From the sequence record SRR22947725_2615: a stretch of DNA of 34,224 nt; one strand, written 5' to 3'. A program made the position numbers and the translations under genes. The notes under the pieces were generated by a model. It did not search any database, was not told where the DNA came from, and worked only from the letters and a program-made list of their open reading frames with translations. Shown piece by piece: positions 1 through 8,486 of this stretch. How positions within the stretch are numbered: the stretch's first letter is position 1; every line of letters begins with the position of its first letter.

Positions 1-1707
1 AAAATGTTCAAACATTTCTGTTGGAAAGTCGCCAACATAATCTCTTAATTTTGAACATTTAAAATTAAGGTATCTTCTAGAGCTTAAATCTATACTCACG
101 ATACTTTTGACCTCATCCATAACCAAGATTTCACTTGATGCATATCGCGCTATCCCAATTCTATCTCCAAGAGCATTGTTTATTGCTGTGCCCAAGGCAA
201 TGGCAATATCCTCAATAGTATGATGTTCGTCTATTTCTAAATCACCCAAGCAGGATAAATTTAAATCTATAGAGCCATGTTTTGAAAATTGCTCTAAGAG
301 ATGGTCTAAATAATTTAAACCGGTTTGAATATTATAATTACCTGAACCATCAAGATTTAAGTTGATATATATATTAGTTTCATTCGTTTTTCTGATTTCG
401 CTATAGCTTCTAGATACTGCTTTCTTTGATGCAATATCTTCTCGTATTTTAACCGCTTGCTGATGTCCATCTAAAGTTTCTGCTCGAGCCATTTCAATTA
501 CAGTATCCTTGAGATTGTTAAAGCCTTCCGCAGAGGCTGTTTGAACACTTATATGCTTCCCGAAATCATTAACACTTAAACCTGAGTGAACTTTTGCTTG
601 CCCATTAGTTGGCAATACATGATTTGAACCAGAAGAATAGTCACCAAATGATTCTGGGCTTAACGCTCCACAAAAAATTGATCCTGCGTTGTTAATCTGT
701 ATAAGGTATTTTGAATAATCATCATCTAATAAAATAAGGTGCTCAGGAGCGCATTCATTTATTAAACAGATAGAATCTTTGAAAGATTTAGCCTTAATTA
801 ATAAAACATTTTTGATACTTTGGGATAGCACATTCTGCCTAGCTAAGTTAATCATTTGTTTCGAGATCTCACCTTTAATTTTTTTAAGTAGAGTAAGATT
901 ATTAGAAATGATGAAGGCTTTTGAATTTGGATCATGCTCTAATTGAGATAAAGCATCAGCTGCTGCAATAGAAATTTTATCAAGATCATTAGTGACTATC
1001 ATTACTTCACTTGGTCCTGCCGGAAGGTCTATCGCAACATCGTTAGAGCAAAGTTTTTTTGCCTCATTAACATATGAATTGCCTGGCCCAAATATCTTAT
1101 TCACTTTGGGGATGATTGTAGTGCCATATGCCATAGCAAAAATCGCTTGTGCACCACCAACTTTATATATATTTTTTACGCCATAGAGTTTTGCTATCCA
1201 TAATATTTCAGGCGCTACCAGGCCATTTTTATTTGGAGGAGTGCAAATAATAATATTCTTACATCCAGCCACTGTAGCTGGTATTAGTTGCATTAATAAC
1301 GATGAGATTAATGGAGCGCTGCCTCCAGGAACGTAAATGCCAACTGAATCAATCGGCCTGAATTCCTTCCAGATTTTGATGCCTTTTGTTGTTTCAACAG
1401 GCGTTCCTATAAATCCTTTTTTGTCATTTTCACAAATAGTTTTTATGTTAGCCGCAGAGTTAAGAATTGATTGTTTTAACTTGTCAGAAACCAATGAATC
1501 AGACTTTGATATTTCTGATTTCTTAACTTTAAAAGATTTTGGTGACTTACTATTTAATTCTTTGTTAATTTGATCAAATGCAGATGTGCCTTGATTTAAA
1601 ACAAGTTTTTTAAACCTAAGAACTGTCTCAGTAACATTATCAATTGAAATATCTTTTTTAGACCATTGTATTTTCTTCGTTGAAGATGAGCGATTAATAA
1701 TTTTCAT
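1..1707 (-). CDS. hisD: Fused histidinol dehydrogenase (HisD) / imidazoleglycerol-phosphate dehydratase (HisB, IGPD domain); 3' end truncated by the window edge
   Basis: Not in the ORF track. I translated it by hand from ATG 1707 to position 1: 569 codons with no stop. HisD motifs: VGIYVPGG, VGGAQAI, KIFGPGN, DLPAGPSEV, SQLEHD, APEHL, GDYSSGSNHVLPT, ETLDGH. It continues in frame into IGPD motifs RKTNET, TGLNYLDHLL, GDLEIDEHHTIED, MDE, TEMFEHF. The ATG directly abuts the hisG stop. Confidence 0.93.
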   Translation of the reverse strand, partial: MKIINRSSSTKKIQWSKKDISIDNVTETVLRFKKLVLNQGTSAFDQINKELNSKSPKSFKVKKSEISKSDSLVSDKLKQSILNSAANIKTICENDKKGFIGTPVETTKGIKIWKEFRPIDSVGIYVPGGSAPLISSLLMQLIPATVAGCKNIIICTPPNKNGLVAPEILWIAKLYGVKNIYKVGGAQAIFAMAYGTTIIPKVNKIFGPGNSYVNEAKKLCSNDVAIDLPAGPSEVMIVTNDLDKISIAAADALSQLEHDPNSKAFIISNNLTLLKKIKGEISKQMINLARQNVLSQSIKNVLLIKAKSFKDSICLINECAPEHLILLDDDYSKYLIQINNAGSIFCGALSPESFGDYSSGSNHVLPTNGQAKVHSGLSVNDFGKHISVQTASAEGFNNLKDTVIEMARAETLDGHQQAVKIREDIASKKAVSRSYSEIRKTNETNIYINLNLDGSGNYNIQTGLNYLDHLLEQFSKHGSIDLNLSCLGDLEIDEHHTIEDIAIALGTAINNALGDRIGIARYASSEILVMDEVKSIVSIDLSSRRYLNFKCSKLRDYVGDFPTEMFEHF

Positions 1708-2574
1708 TTAATTTAATATTTTCTCAACAGGCAAAACTAAAATTGAAGATGCTCCATTCAATTTAAGTTTTTCCATTGTTTCCCAAAACACAGGTTCTTT
1801 GCATAATGCATGTATTGCTACTTTGTTATCTTTTTGCAATGGAATGATTGTTGGAGAATCTGCACCAGGAAGTAATTTACATATTATTTCAGTTGAATCT
1901 CTATGAGCATTCAACATAACATATTTGCTTTCTGTAGCATTAATAACGCCCTCAAATCTTTTTATCAAGCTGACAATATTATTTTGTCTAATTTTATTTA
2001 ACGTCACTGGAGAAATTAAAACTGCTTCAGAGTCCATGAGTGAATTAAATTCAACTAAGTTGTTAGCTTCAAGGGTAGCGCCTGATGAAACTAGATCGCA
2101 TATACAATCTGCAATACCAATATAAGGAGTTAACTCCACAGAGCCGTTAATCTTAATTACCTCAGCGCTTATTGAATTTTTTTTTAGATATTTTTTAACA
2201 AGTGCAGGATAAGAGGTGGCTATCTTTTTATTTTTAAGAGACCTTAACTTCGAATTTAATGGTTTAGCAAACGCTAGTTTACATTTAGAAAATCCTAATT
2301 TTAATAATGGTTTGGCAGTAATTTTATTATTTGTAGCTGCTTGTTCAGCTAAGACATTTTCACCAACAATTCCAAGGTCAGCAACACCTTTGGACACAAG
2401 AGAGGGGATATCATCATCTCTAACTAGCAATATATCTATATTCATATTTGAAGATCTAGCCAAAAGACGCTCTCCATTTGCTGAAAAATTAATACCAGAT
2501 TTGATTAATAGGTTTTTACTATTTTCATAGAGCCTGCCTTTCCTTTGGATTGCTATAGTTATTTTTGATTGCAT
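1708..2574 (-). CDS. hisG: ATP phosphoribosyltransferase, long form
   Basis: 288 aa with IAIQRKGRL, RDDDIP, DLGIVG, IATSYP, GSVE, DLVSSGATL and the C-terminal regulatory domain ending SILVLPVEK. Confidence 0.96.
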   Translation of the reverse strand: MQSKITIAIQRKGRLYENSKNLLIKSGINFSANGERLLARSSNMNIDILLVRDDDIPSLVSKGVADLGIVGENVLAEQAATNNKITAKPLLKLGFSKCKLAFAKPLNSKLRSLKNKKIATSYPALVKKYLKKNSISAEVIKINGSVELTPYIGIADCICDLVSSGATLEANNLVEFNSLMDSEAVLISPVTLNKIRQNNIVSLIKRFEGVINATESKYVMLNAHRDSTEIICKLLPGADSPTIIPLQKDNKVAIHALCKEPVFWETMEKLKLNGASSILVLPVEKILN

Positions 2575-2837
2575 GAAGCTAACCCTTTTTTTAATACTTT
2601 TATATAGCCTTGGTTGGACTCCTTAAATAGAAACCTAGCTACTCGAGTTACGGTTGCAGTAGATGTATTAAGTTTAGATGCAATATCTCTATATGTAGAT
2701 TTACCCTCATACAATAATCGAGCAACTTCCCAGCGTTCTTCCATGGCTTCTATTTCTGATGGTGTACACAAATCCAGTAGGAAATTCTCTATATCCTTTG
2801 ATGAATTTAGTTCTTTTAATACTTTTGATAATTTCAT
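2559..2837 (-). CDS. TrpR-like (YerC/YecD family) regulator, probable histidine repressor HisR
   Basis: 92 aa with FLLDLCTPSEI..M.ERW and HTH segment YRDIA...STATVTRVARFL...GY; first gene of the his operon, overlapping hisG by 16 nt. Confidence 0.88.
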   Translation of the reverse strand: MKLSKVLKELNSSKDIENFLLDLCTPSEIEAMEERWEVARLLYEGKSTYRDIASKLNTSTATVTRVARFLFKESNQGYIKVLKKGLASCNQK

Positions 2838-2843
2838 GACGCA

Positions 2844-2872
2844 ATTCTATATGTTTTAGCGTGCTAAAACAA
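2844..2872 (-). promoter_or_regulatory. Putative sigma70 promoter of the his operon (leaderless)
   Basis: Minus strand TTGTTT (2872-2867), 17 nt, TAGAAT (2849-2844), 6 nt, ATG (2837); no Shine-Dalgarno sequence. Confidence 0.55.
2852..2871. promoter_or_regulatory. Perfect 20-bp palindrome, candidate HisR operator
   Basis: TGTTTTAGC-GT-GCTAAAACA, ending 15 bp upstream of the regulator ATG and overlapping the -35 element and spacer. Confidence 0.7.
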
Positions 2873-2938
2873 CCATACAAATTAATAAATATAAAATTAT
2901 ATAAAATAGGTTAAAATCATTAAAAATAAGGAGATCAA

Positions 2939-3415
2939 ATGACTATTTCAATAAACGATAATTTCCCAAATCAGGAATTAAGAATCTTAATCGATGGAGA
3001 GGTTCAAAATATCAATTCAGCAGACTACTTCTCAGGAAAAAAAATTGTTTTGGTAGGGGTTCCTGGTGCTTTTACACCTACATGCCATCTTTCTCATTTA
3101 CCAGGCTATACAGACAACTTGCAAAAGTTTCAAGATAAAGGTTATAACGTTACATTTATAGCAGTAAATGATCCGTTCGTAATGAAATCATGGTCTGAAG
3201 CATCCGATGCAAATGGGATCGATATGTTAGCAGATGGTAATTGTGATTTAACCAATGAATTAGGCTTAACAATGGACGGCTCTGCTTTTGGTCTTGGTAA
3301 TAGATGTAAAAGATTTGCGATGATAGTTGATAATGGAATTGTTCAATCCATTGATATAGAAGAGCCAGGAGCCATGGACGTTTCATCGGCTGAATCACAA
3401 CTTGCTAAAATCTAA
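2939..3415 (+). CDS. Peroxiredoxin, Prx5/redoxin family
   Basis: VPGAFTPTCHLSHLPG peroxidatic motif, VNDPFVM, LADGN; AAGGAG RBS upstream. Confidence 0.93.
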   Translation: MTISINDNFPNQELRILIDGEVQNINSADYFSGKKIVLVGVPGAFTPTCHLSHLPGYTDNLQKFQDKGYNVTFIAVNDPFVMKSWSEASDANGIDMLADGNCDLTNELGLTMDGSAFGLGNRCKRFAMIVDNGIVQSIDIEEPGAMDVSSAESQLAKI

Positions 3416-4286
3416 AAAAAAATACTTATTTGTAGGATTAGGTACCATGGGCTATCCCATGGCAGGCCATTTATCAAAAAATCAAGATTTTGATATTTAT
3501 GTTTATAACCGAACTGAAGCTGTTTCAGATAAATGGTTGAGTGAATATAAAGGTTTGAAGTTCAATCTAACTGATTCTAATAATATTCAATTTAACGGTT
3601 TAATTACCTGCCTTAAAAATGATGAGGCTATTGTCGATCTTTTGCTTAAAAAGAGATTGATTTCATATCTAAATAAAAATTCATTTGTACTTGATCATTC
3701 AACCACATCCTTAAACCTTATAGAGTTAATTACCTCTGATCAGTGTGTGATTAAAAATAATATTTCTTTCTTTGATGCTCCAGTTAGTGGTGGAGAGGCA
3801 GGAGCCATAAATGGCGTTCTATCTGTAATGTTTGGCGGACCAAAAAATAAAGTCTTAACTATAAAAAAAATAATGAATGCTTATTCAAAATCAATTGTGC
3901 ATATTGGGCCTAGTGGTCATGGACAATTAACAAAAATGGTTAACCAAATATGTATAGCTGGTTTAATTCAAGCTTTGTCTGAGGGAATATCGCTTGGTAA
4001 ATCTGTAAATTTAAATATGAAAAAAGTATTTAAAGCTATTTCTAATGGTGCAGCTCAATCCTGGCAAATGGATAATAGATTTGAAACGATGATCAATGAA
4101 AAGTTTGATTTTGGCTTTGCGGTAGATCTAATGATTAAAGATTTGAATATTGCATTAAAGGAATCAAAAGATAATAACCTGACTTTAAAAATATCAAATC
4201 AAGTTCTAAAGCAATACAAGAAACTCTCCAAGCAGGGCGACGGAGATTTAGATACATCCAGCCTGATTAAAGTAATAAAATCATAA
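3402..4286 (+). CDS. NAD(P)-dependent beta-hydroxyacid dehydrogenase (3-hydroxyisobutyrate dehydrogenase / tartronate semialdehyde reductase family)
   Basis: FVGLGTMGYPMA Rossmann motif, DAPVSGG substrate motif, catalytic KMVNQ, F..DLMIKDL; TTG start overlapping the prx 3' end. Confidence 0.88.
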   Translation: MLKSKKKYLFVGLGTMGYPMAGHLSKNQDFDIYVYNRTEAVSDKWLSEYKGLKFNLTDSNNIQFNGLITCLKNDEAIVDLLLKKRLISYLNKNSFVLDHSTTSLNLIELITSDQCVIKNNISFFDAPVSGGEAGAINGVLSVMFGGPKNKVLTIKKIMNAYSKSIVHIGPSGHGQLTKMVNQICIAGLIQALSEGISLGKSVNLNMKKVFKAISNGAAQSWQMDNRFETMINEKFDFGFAVDLMIKDLNIALKESKDNNLTLKISNQVLKQYKKLSKQGDGDLDTSSLIKVIKS

Positions 4287-4367
4287 AGAAGTCTACTGAG
4301 CAGGCTTTTAAAAAAATTATAAACACTATCTATTATCAAGAAATCCTATTCATGTAACAATAAATTT

Positions 4368-4622
4368 ATGCATAAGAATTATTGGCGCTCTAATCTTAAA
4401 ATTGTTTCAATCTTATTGACTATCTGGTTTCTTGTTTCATTTGGTTTTGGGATTATATGGTCGGATTTTCTTGATCAATTTCAAATTGGTGGATTTAAAC
4501 TTGGTTTTTGGTTTGCTCAACAGGGAAGTATTTATTTTTTTGTTTTATTAATCTTTATTTATATATATTTGATGAACAAATTGGATAAAAAGCACAAAGA
4601 TAGTCCGGAAAAAGAATCCTAA
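4368..4622 (+). CDS. DUF4212 family small subunit of a solute:sodium symporter
   Basis: YWRSNL, two hydrophobic segments, GFKLGFWFAQQGS signature; lies 5 nt upstream of the SSS transporter. Confidence 0.88.
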   Translation: MHKNYWRSNLKIVSILLTIWFLVSFGFGIIWSDFLDQFQIGGFKLGFWFAQQGSIYFFVLLIFIYIYLMNKLDKKHKDSPEKES

Positions 4623-4627
4623 TTATC

Positions 4628-6376
4628 ATGGATACTCAGTTACTGACTTATATATTTGTTGGTGTTTCTTTTGCCTTGTATATTGGTATTGCTATATGGT
4701 CTCGTGCATCTTCAACAAATGAATTCTACATAGCTGGAAAGGGAGTTCATCCAATTGCAAATGGCATGGCAACCGCTGCTGATTGGATGTCTGCTGCTTC
4801 TTTTATCTCAATGGCTGGTCTAATTGCTTTTTTAGGTAAAGATGGGTCAGTTTATTTGATGGGTTGGACTGGCGGATATGTGCTCTTAGCTCTATTGTTA
4901 GCTCCTTATTTAAGAAAATTCGGTCAATACACTGTTCCTGATTTTATCGGTACACGGTATTACTCAAATGCAGCAAGATTGGTTGCTGTAATATGCCTAA
5001 TATTTGTTTCATTTACGTACGTAGCTGGTCAAATGAGAGGTGTTGGTATTGTATTCTCAAGATTTCTTGAGGTTGATATTAATCTAGGGGTAATCATTGG
5101 TATGTGCATAGTATTCTTTTATGCCGTCTTGGGAGGTATGAAAGGCATCACATACACTCAAGTAGCACAATATTGCGTATTGATTTTTGCTTATTTAGTT
5201 CCTGCAATATTCATTTCTATCCTAATGACTGGCAATCCCATTCCCCAATTAGGTTTTGGAGACACTCTTATAAATAGTGATGTTTACTTATTAGATAAGT
5301 TAGATAAAGTCACAACTGAGCTTGGATTTCTTGCTTATACGGAAAATACTAAATCTAAAATTGATATTTTTTGTATTACTGCTGCTTTGATGTTTGGAAC
5401 AGCCGGTTTACCGCATGTGATAGTTAGATTTTTTACTGTCCCAAAAGTAAGTGATGCCAGAAAATCTGCTGGATATGCCTTGATCTTTATTGCTATTTTG
5501 TATTCAACTGCTCCAGCAGTTTCTGCGTTTGCTCGAATGAACTTTATTGACTCTGTTCAGGAGGTGCAATACAAAGAAGCACCAAGCTGGTTTAAAAATT
5601 GGGAAAATATTGGATTAATTGCATGGAAAGACAAAAACAATGATCAGCTGATTCAATATTCATCCGGCAATGCTCTAGAGGGAGTAAAACCTAATTTTAA
5701 TGATAGAAGAGGGGTCTCTGGAGAAAGATTGGTGAATAATAATCCAGATTTAACAAGCGCCAATGAGGTTTATATTGATAGAGACATAATGGTCCTAGCT
5801 AATCCTGAAATAGCTAAATTACCAGGCTGGGTAGTTGCATTAGTTGCAGCAGGGGCATTAGCTGCAGCACTGTCGACTGCTGCTGGTCTTTTGTTAGTGA
5901 TATCTGCATCAATTTCACATGATCTTTTGAAAAAAACTTTCATGCCTCAAATAACTGAAAAACAAGAACTCTTCTATGCACGTTGTTCTGCAGCTGTTGC
6001 AATATTTATTGCAGGGCTGTTTGGTATATATCCACCCGGATTTGTAGCACAAGTAGTAGCTTTTGCGTTTGGTTTGGCTGCAGCTACAATATTTCCTGCA
6101 CTATTGATGGGGATATTTTATAAAAGATTAAATAAAGAGGGTGCAATAGCTGGAATGCTTGCTGGCTTGGTTATTACCTCTGCATATATTATTTATTTTA
6201 AGTTTCTCAATGTTCACATGAATTCAGCTGATAATTGGTTTTTAGGAATATCACCTGAAGGGTTTGGTTTTGTTGGTATGATAATAAATTTTGTTGTTGC
6301 TCTCTGTGTTTCCTTTTTCTTTACCAAACCGTCTGCGGATATTTATCATTTAGTAGACAAAATTCGACAGCCTTAA
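4628..6376 (+). CDS. Sodium:solute symporter, ActP-like (cation/acetate permease-related subfamily)
   Basis: 582 aa polytopic protein with NGMATAADWMSAASFISMAG, GGMKGITYTQVAQY, GTAGLPHVIVRFFTV; paired with DUF4212. The substrate is an inference. Confidence 0.88.
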   Translation: MDTQLLTYIFVGVSFALYIGIAIWSRASSTNEFYIAGKGVHPIANGMATAADWMSAASFISMAGLIAFLGKDGSVYLMGWTGGYVLLALLLAPYLRKFGQYTVPDFIGTRYYSNAARLVAVICLIFVSFTYVAGQMRGVGIVFSRFLEVDINLGVIIGMCIVFFYAVLGGMKGITYTQVAQYCVLIFAYLVPAIFISILMTGNPIPQLGFGDTLINSDVYLLDKLDKVTTELGFLAYTENTKSKIDIFCITAALMFGTAGLPHVIVRFFTVPKVSDARKSAGYALIFIAILYSTAPAVSAFARMNFIDSVQEVQYKEAPSWFKNWENIGLIAWKDKNNDQLIQYSSGNALEGVKPNFNDRRGVSGERLVNNNPDLTSANEVYIDRDIMVLANPEIAKLPGWVVALVAAGALAAALSTAAGLLLVISASISHDLLKKTFMPQITEKQELFYARCSAAVAIFIAGLFGIYPPGFVAQVVAFAFGLAAATIFPALLMGIFYKRLNKEGAIAGMLAGLVITSAYIIYFKFLNVHMNSADNWFLGISPEGFGFVGMIINFVVALCVSFFFTKPSADIYHLVDKIRQP

Positions 6377-6429
6377 TAAATGAAAAAGATATACTATAAA
6401 AAAATAACTGACTTCACATGGAGGTGTGT

Positions 6430-7464
6430 ATGAAACTGATTGCTATTTTTCCATTAATTTTATCTACATTATTATTTGCCTCAGATTTAAAACAAGATAA
6501 AAGCCTTGATGGTCAAAGGGGCATGACCAAATTATTAGGACCTGAAACCTATCTAAGATGCTCTAATTTTTTAGCAGACCCAAAGGCAAAAACTTATGAA
6601 TTATCCTACAAAAGAACATCTACAATGCCCTTATCACCATTTGCTGGTGAATATCAACCAAAATTTTTACCAGAAATAGCTTGGGCAGGTTCAAAACAAG
6701 TCTTTACCATGGACGTGTTGAATGAAAATGTTAATGATGGTAATCAGGGCACTCAAATGGATGCATTGGGTCATTTTGGGTATACGGATAAGATTTGGAA
6801 TGGAGATGGTGAAGCAGACCTTAGATCATTAAAATATTTTGGTGAATTTAAAGGCAAAGAGGTTAAGCCCTCCCCAGAATCACCCTTGAAAAAGCTTGGT
6901 ATAGAAACAGTACCGCCAATTATTACTACAGCAATTTTTTTAGATGTAAGAAAACATATCTTCAACGGAAGAGCAATGAAAGCAGGAGAGTACGTCACAG
7001 TAGGTCATATTAAGGAAACTATTAAAAAATCATCTTTAAATGATAGGGGAATTCTTCCTGGAGATATCGTCTTAATAAATACTGGCTGGAGTGATAACTA
7101 TCAAGATCCAGATGTATTAGGTGTTTACTATTCAAAAGCGCCTGGTGTTTCTTATAACTTAGTAAAATATCTTTCCAACAAGAAAGTTGTTGGAGTTGGT
7201 CTTGATACATGGGGTGTTGATACTTTTGCTGATGAGGATGAATATGGCCCAGAAAGATCACAAAATCCCACAGGTATAGCTAATCCTGCTCATCATCATT
7301 TTTTAACACAAGCTGGCGTTCATACGCTCGAAAACTTTAATCTCAAAGGTTTGGCTAATGATAATGTAGAGCTTTCATGTGTGATCATCTTGCCATTGAT
7401 GACTGAGGGTAGCTCTGCTTCACCTATAAGACCAGTAGCAATTGGTATGCCAACTTCCTCATAA
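6430..7464 (+). CDS. Cyclase family (kynurenine formamidase-like) metal-dependent hydrolase with predicted signal peptide
   Basis: NQGTQMDALGH (variant of HxGTHxDxPxH), GDIVLINTGW, APG, VGVGLDT, H...LENF, GSSASPIRP. Start moved to ATG 6430, which follows GGAGG; N-terminus MKLIAIFPLILSTLLFA-S. Confidence 0.8.
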   Translation: MKLIAIFPLILSTLLFASDLKQDKSLDGQRGMTKLLGPETYLRCSNFLADPKAKTYELSYKRTSTMPLSPFAGEYQPKFLPEIAWAGSKQVFTMDVLNENVNDGNQGTQMDALGHFGYTDKIWNGDGEADLRSLKYFGEFKGKEVKPSPESPLKKLGIETVPPIITTAIFLDVRKHIFNGRAMKAGEYVTVGHIKETIKKSSLNDRGILPGDIVLINTGWSDNYQDPDVLGVYYSKAPGVSYNLVKYLSNKKVVGVGLDTWGVDTFADEDEYGPERSQNPTGIANPAHHHFLTQAGVHTLENFNLKGLANDNVELSCVIILPLMTEGSSASPIRPVAIGMPTSS

Positions 7465-8409
7465 ATGAAGTATTTTCAAATCCTATTTGGTATTTTTTGT
7501 TTAAATCTTAATGCTTCATATGAAATAACAGTCCTAGCTACTAACATTTCTAATTATGGAGGGTTTGGAGAGTGGAGCTTTTCAGCATTATATGAGAGTG
7601 ATAAAGAATCAATTCTTTTTGATACCGGTTTTCATGAAGACACCGTTCTTCATAATGCCAAGGTTTTAAATAAGGATTTATCAAAAGTTGAAAAAGTAAT
7701 CCTTAGTCACTTTCATAGCGATCATACCGGAGGACTTATAAAGTTAAGAAAAACTTACAAACCTTTTAATAAGAATGCATTTAAAAATGTCTATGTAACC
7801 AGAGGTTTCTTTGCTCAAAGATACACAGCATCAGGAGACTTGGTGGGGCCGGGTAATTATTCAGATGCTAATAAATTTAAAAAAGATGCTGAAGGTGAGG
7901 GCATTACCTTTATTATTTTGGATTCTCATGCGGAAATAGCTAAAAATTTATTTGCAACAGGCACAGTTTTAAGAACAGATGAGAACTATAACGGGCCAAA
8001 AGGTCTATTAGTAAGGGACGCTAAATCCAATAACTTAGTTGAAGACATAATTGTCGACGATCAGTCTGCAGGCATGCTGACCAATTCAGGCTGGATTATG
8101 ATGTCTGGATGCGGTCATTCAGGAATTATTAATACAGCTAAAAAACTTCAATCAATTCATAATGTTCCAATATATGGGGCCATAGGTGGATTCCATTTAT
8201 TCCAAGCATCCAATGATGTTATTGATAAAACAGCTATATGGTTAAAAAACGCTGGTATGGAAAAGTTTATGGGTGGACACTGCACTGGTATTTATGCTGC
8301 TGAAAGGGTTGCTGATATGATTGGAATTAAAAGGGATGATTTATCTCATACTGCAATTGGAAGCGTTCTAACAAAAGACCTATCGATTATTAGAAGTTCA
8401 GTTGAATAA
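7465..8409 (+). CDS. MBL-fold metallo-hydrolase (COG1237-like) with predicted signal peptide
   Basis: GEWSFS, ILFDTG, SHFHSDHTGG (HxHxDH), GCGHSG, GGFHL, GHCTG; ATG immediately follows the cyclase TAA. Confidence 0.85.
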   Translation: MKYFQILFGIFCLNLNASYEITVLATNISNYGGFGEWSFSALYESDKESILFDTGFHEDTVLHNAKVLNKDLSKVEKVILSHFHSDHTGGLIKLRKTYKPFNKNAFKNVYVTRGFFAQRYTASGDLVGPGNYSDANKFKKDAEGEGITFIILDSHAEIAKNLFATGTVLRTDENYNGPKGLLVRDAKSNNLVEDIIVDDQSAGMLTNSGWIMMSGCGHSGIINTAKKLQSIHNVPIYGAIGGFHLFQASNDVIDKTAIWLKNAGMEKFMGGHCTGIYAAERVADMIGIKRDDLSHTAIGSVLTKDLSIIRSSVE

Positions 8410-8486
8410 TTGACATCATAAATGTTAGCCCAGAGACATTTAAAGTAGAAAGAGTAGCGCCTGACATAAACCTAGAATATTATATT

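Noticed and set aside
992-2859. Plus-strand ORFs 992-1186, 1337-1573, 1925-2125, 2216-2530, 2614-2859
   Set aside because: Antisense shadows of hisD-hisB, hisG and hisR, with no recognisable motifs
2838-2938. Histidine attenuator or leader peptide
   Set aside because: No His-codon run or terminator/antiterminator hairpins
6868-6875. CCCTCCCC (GGGGAGGG on the minus strand), a KOPS-like octamer near dif
   Set aside because: A single copy inside a CDS, pointing away from dif; uninformative without genome-wide counts
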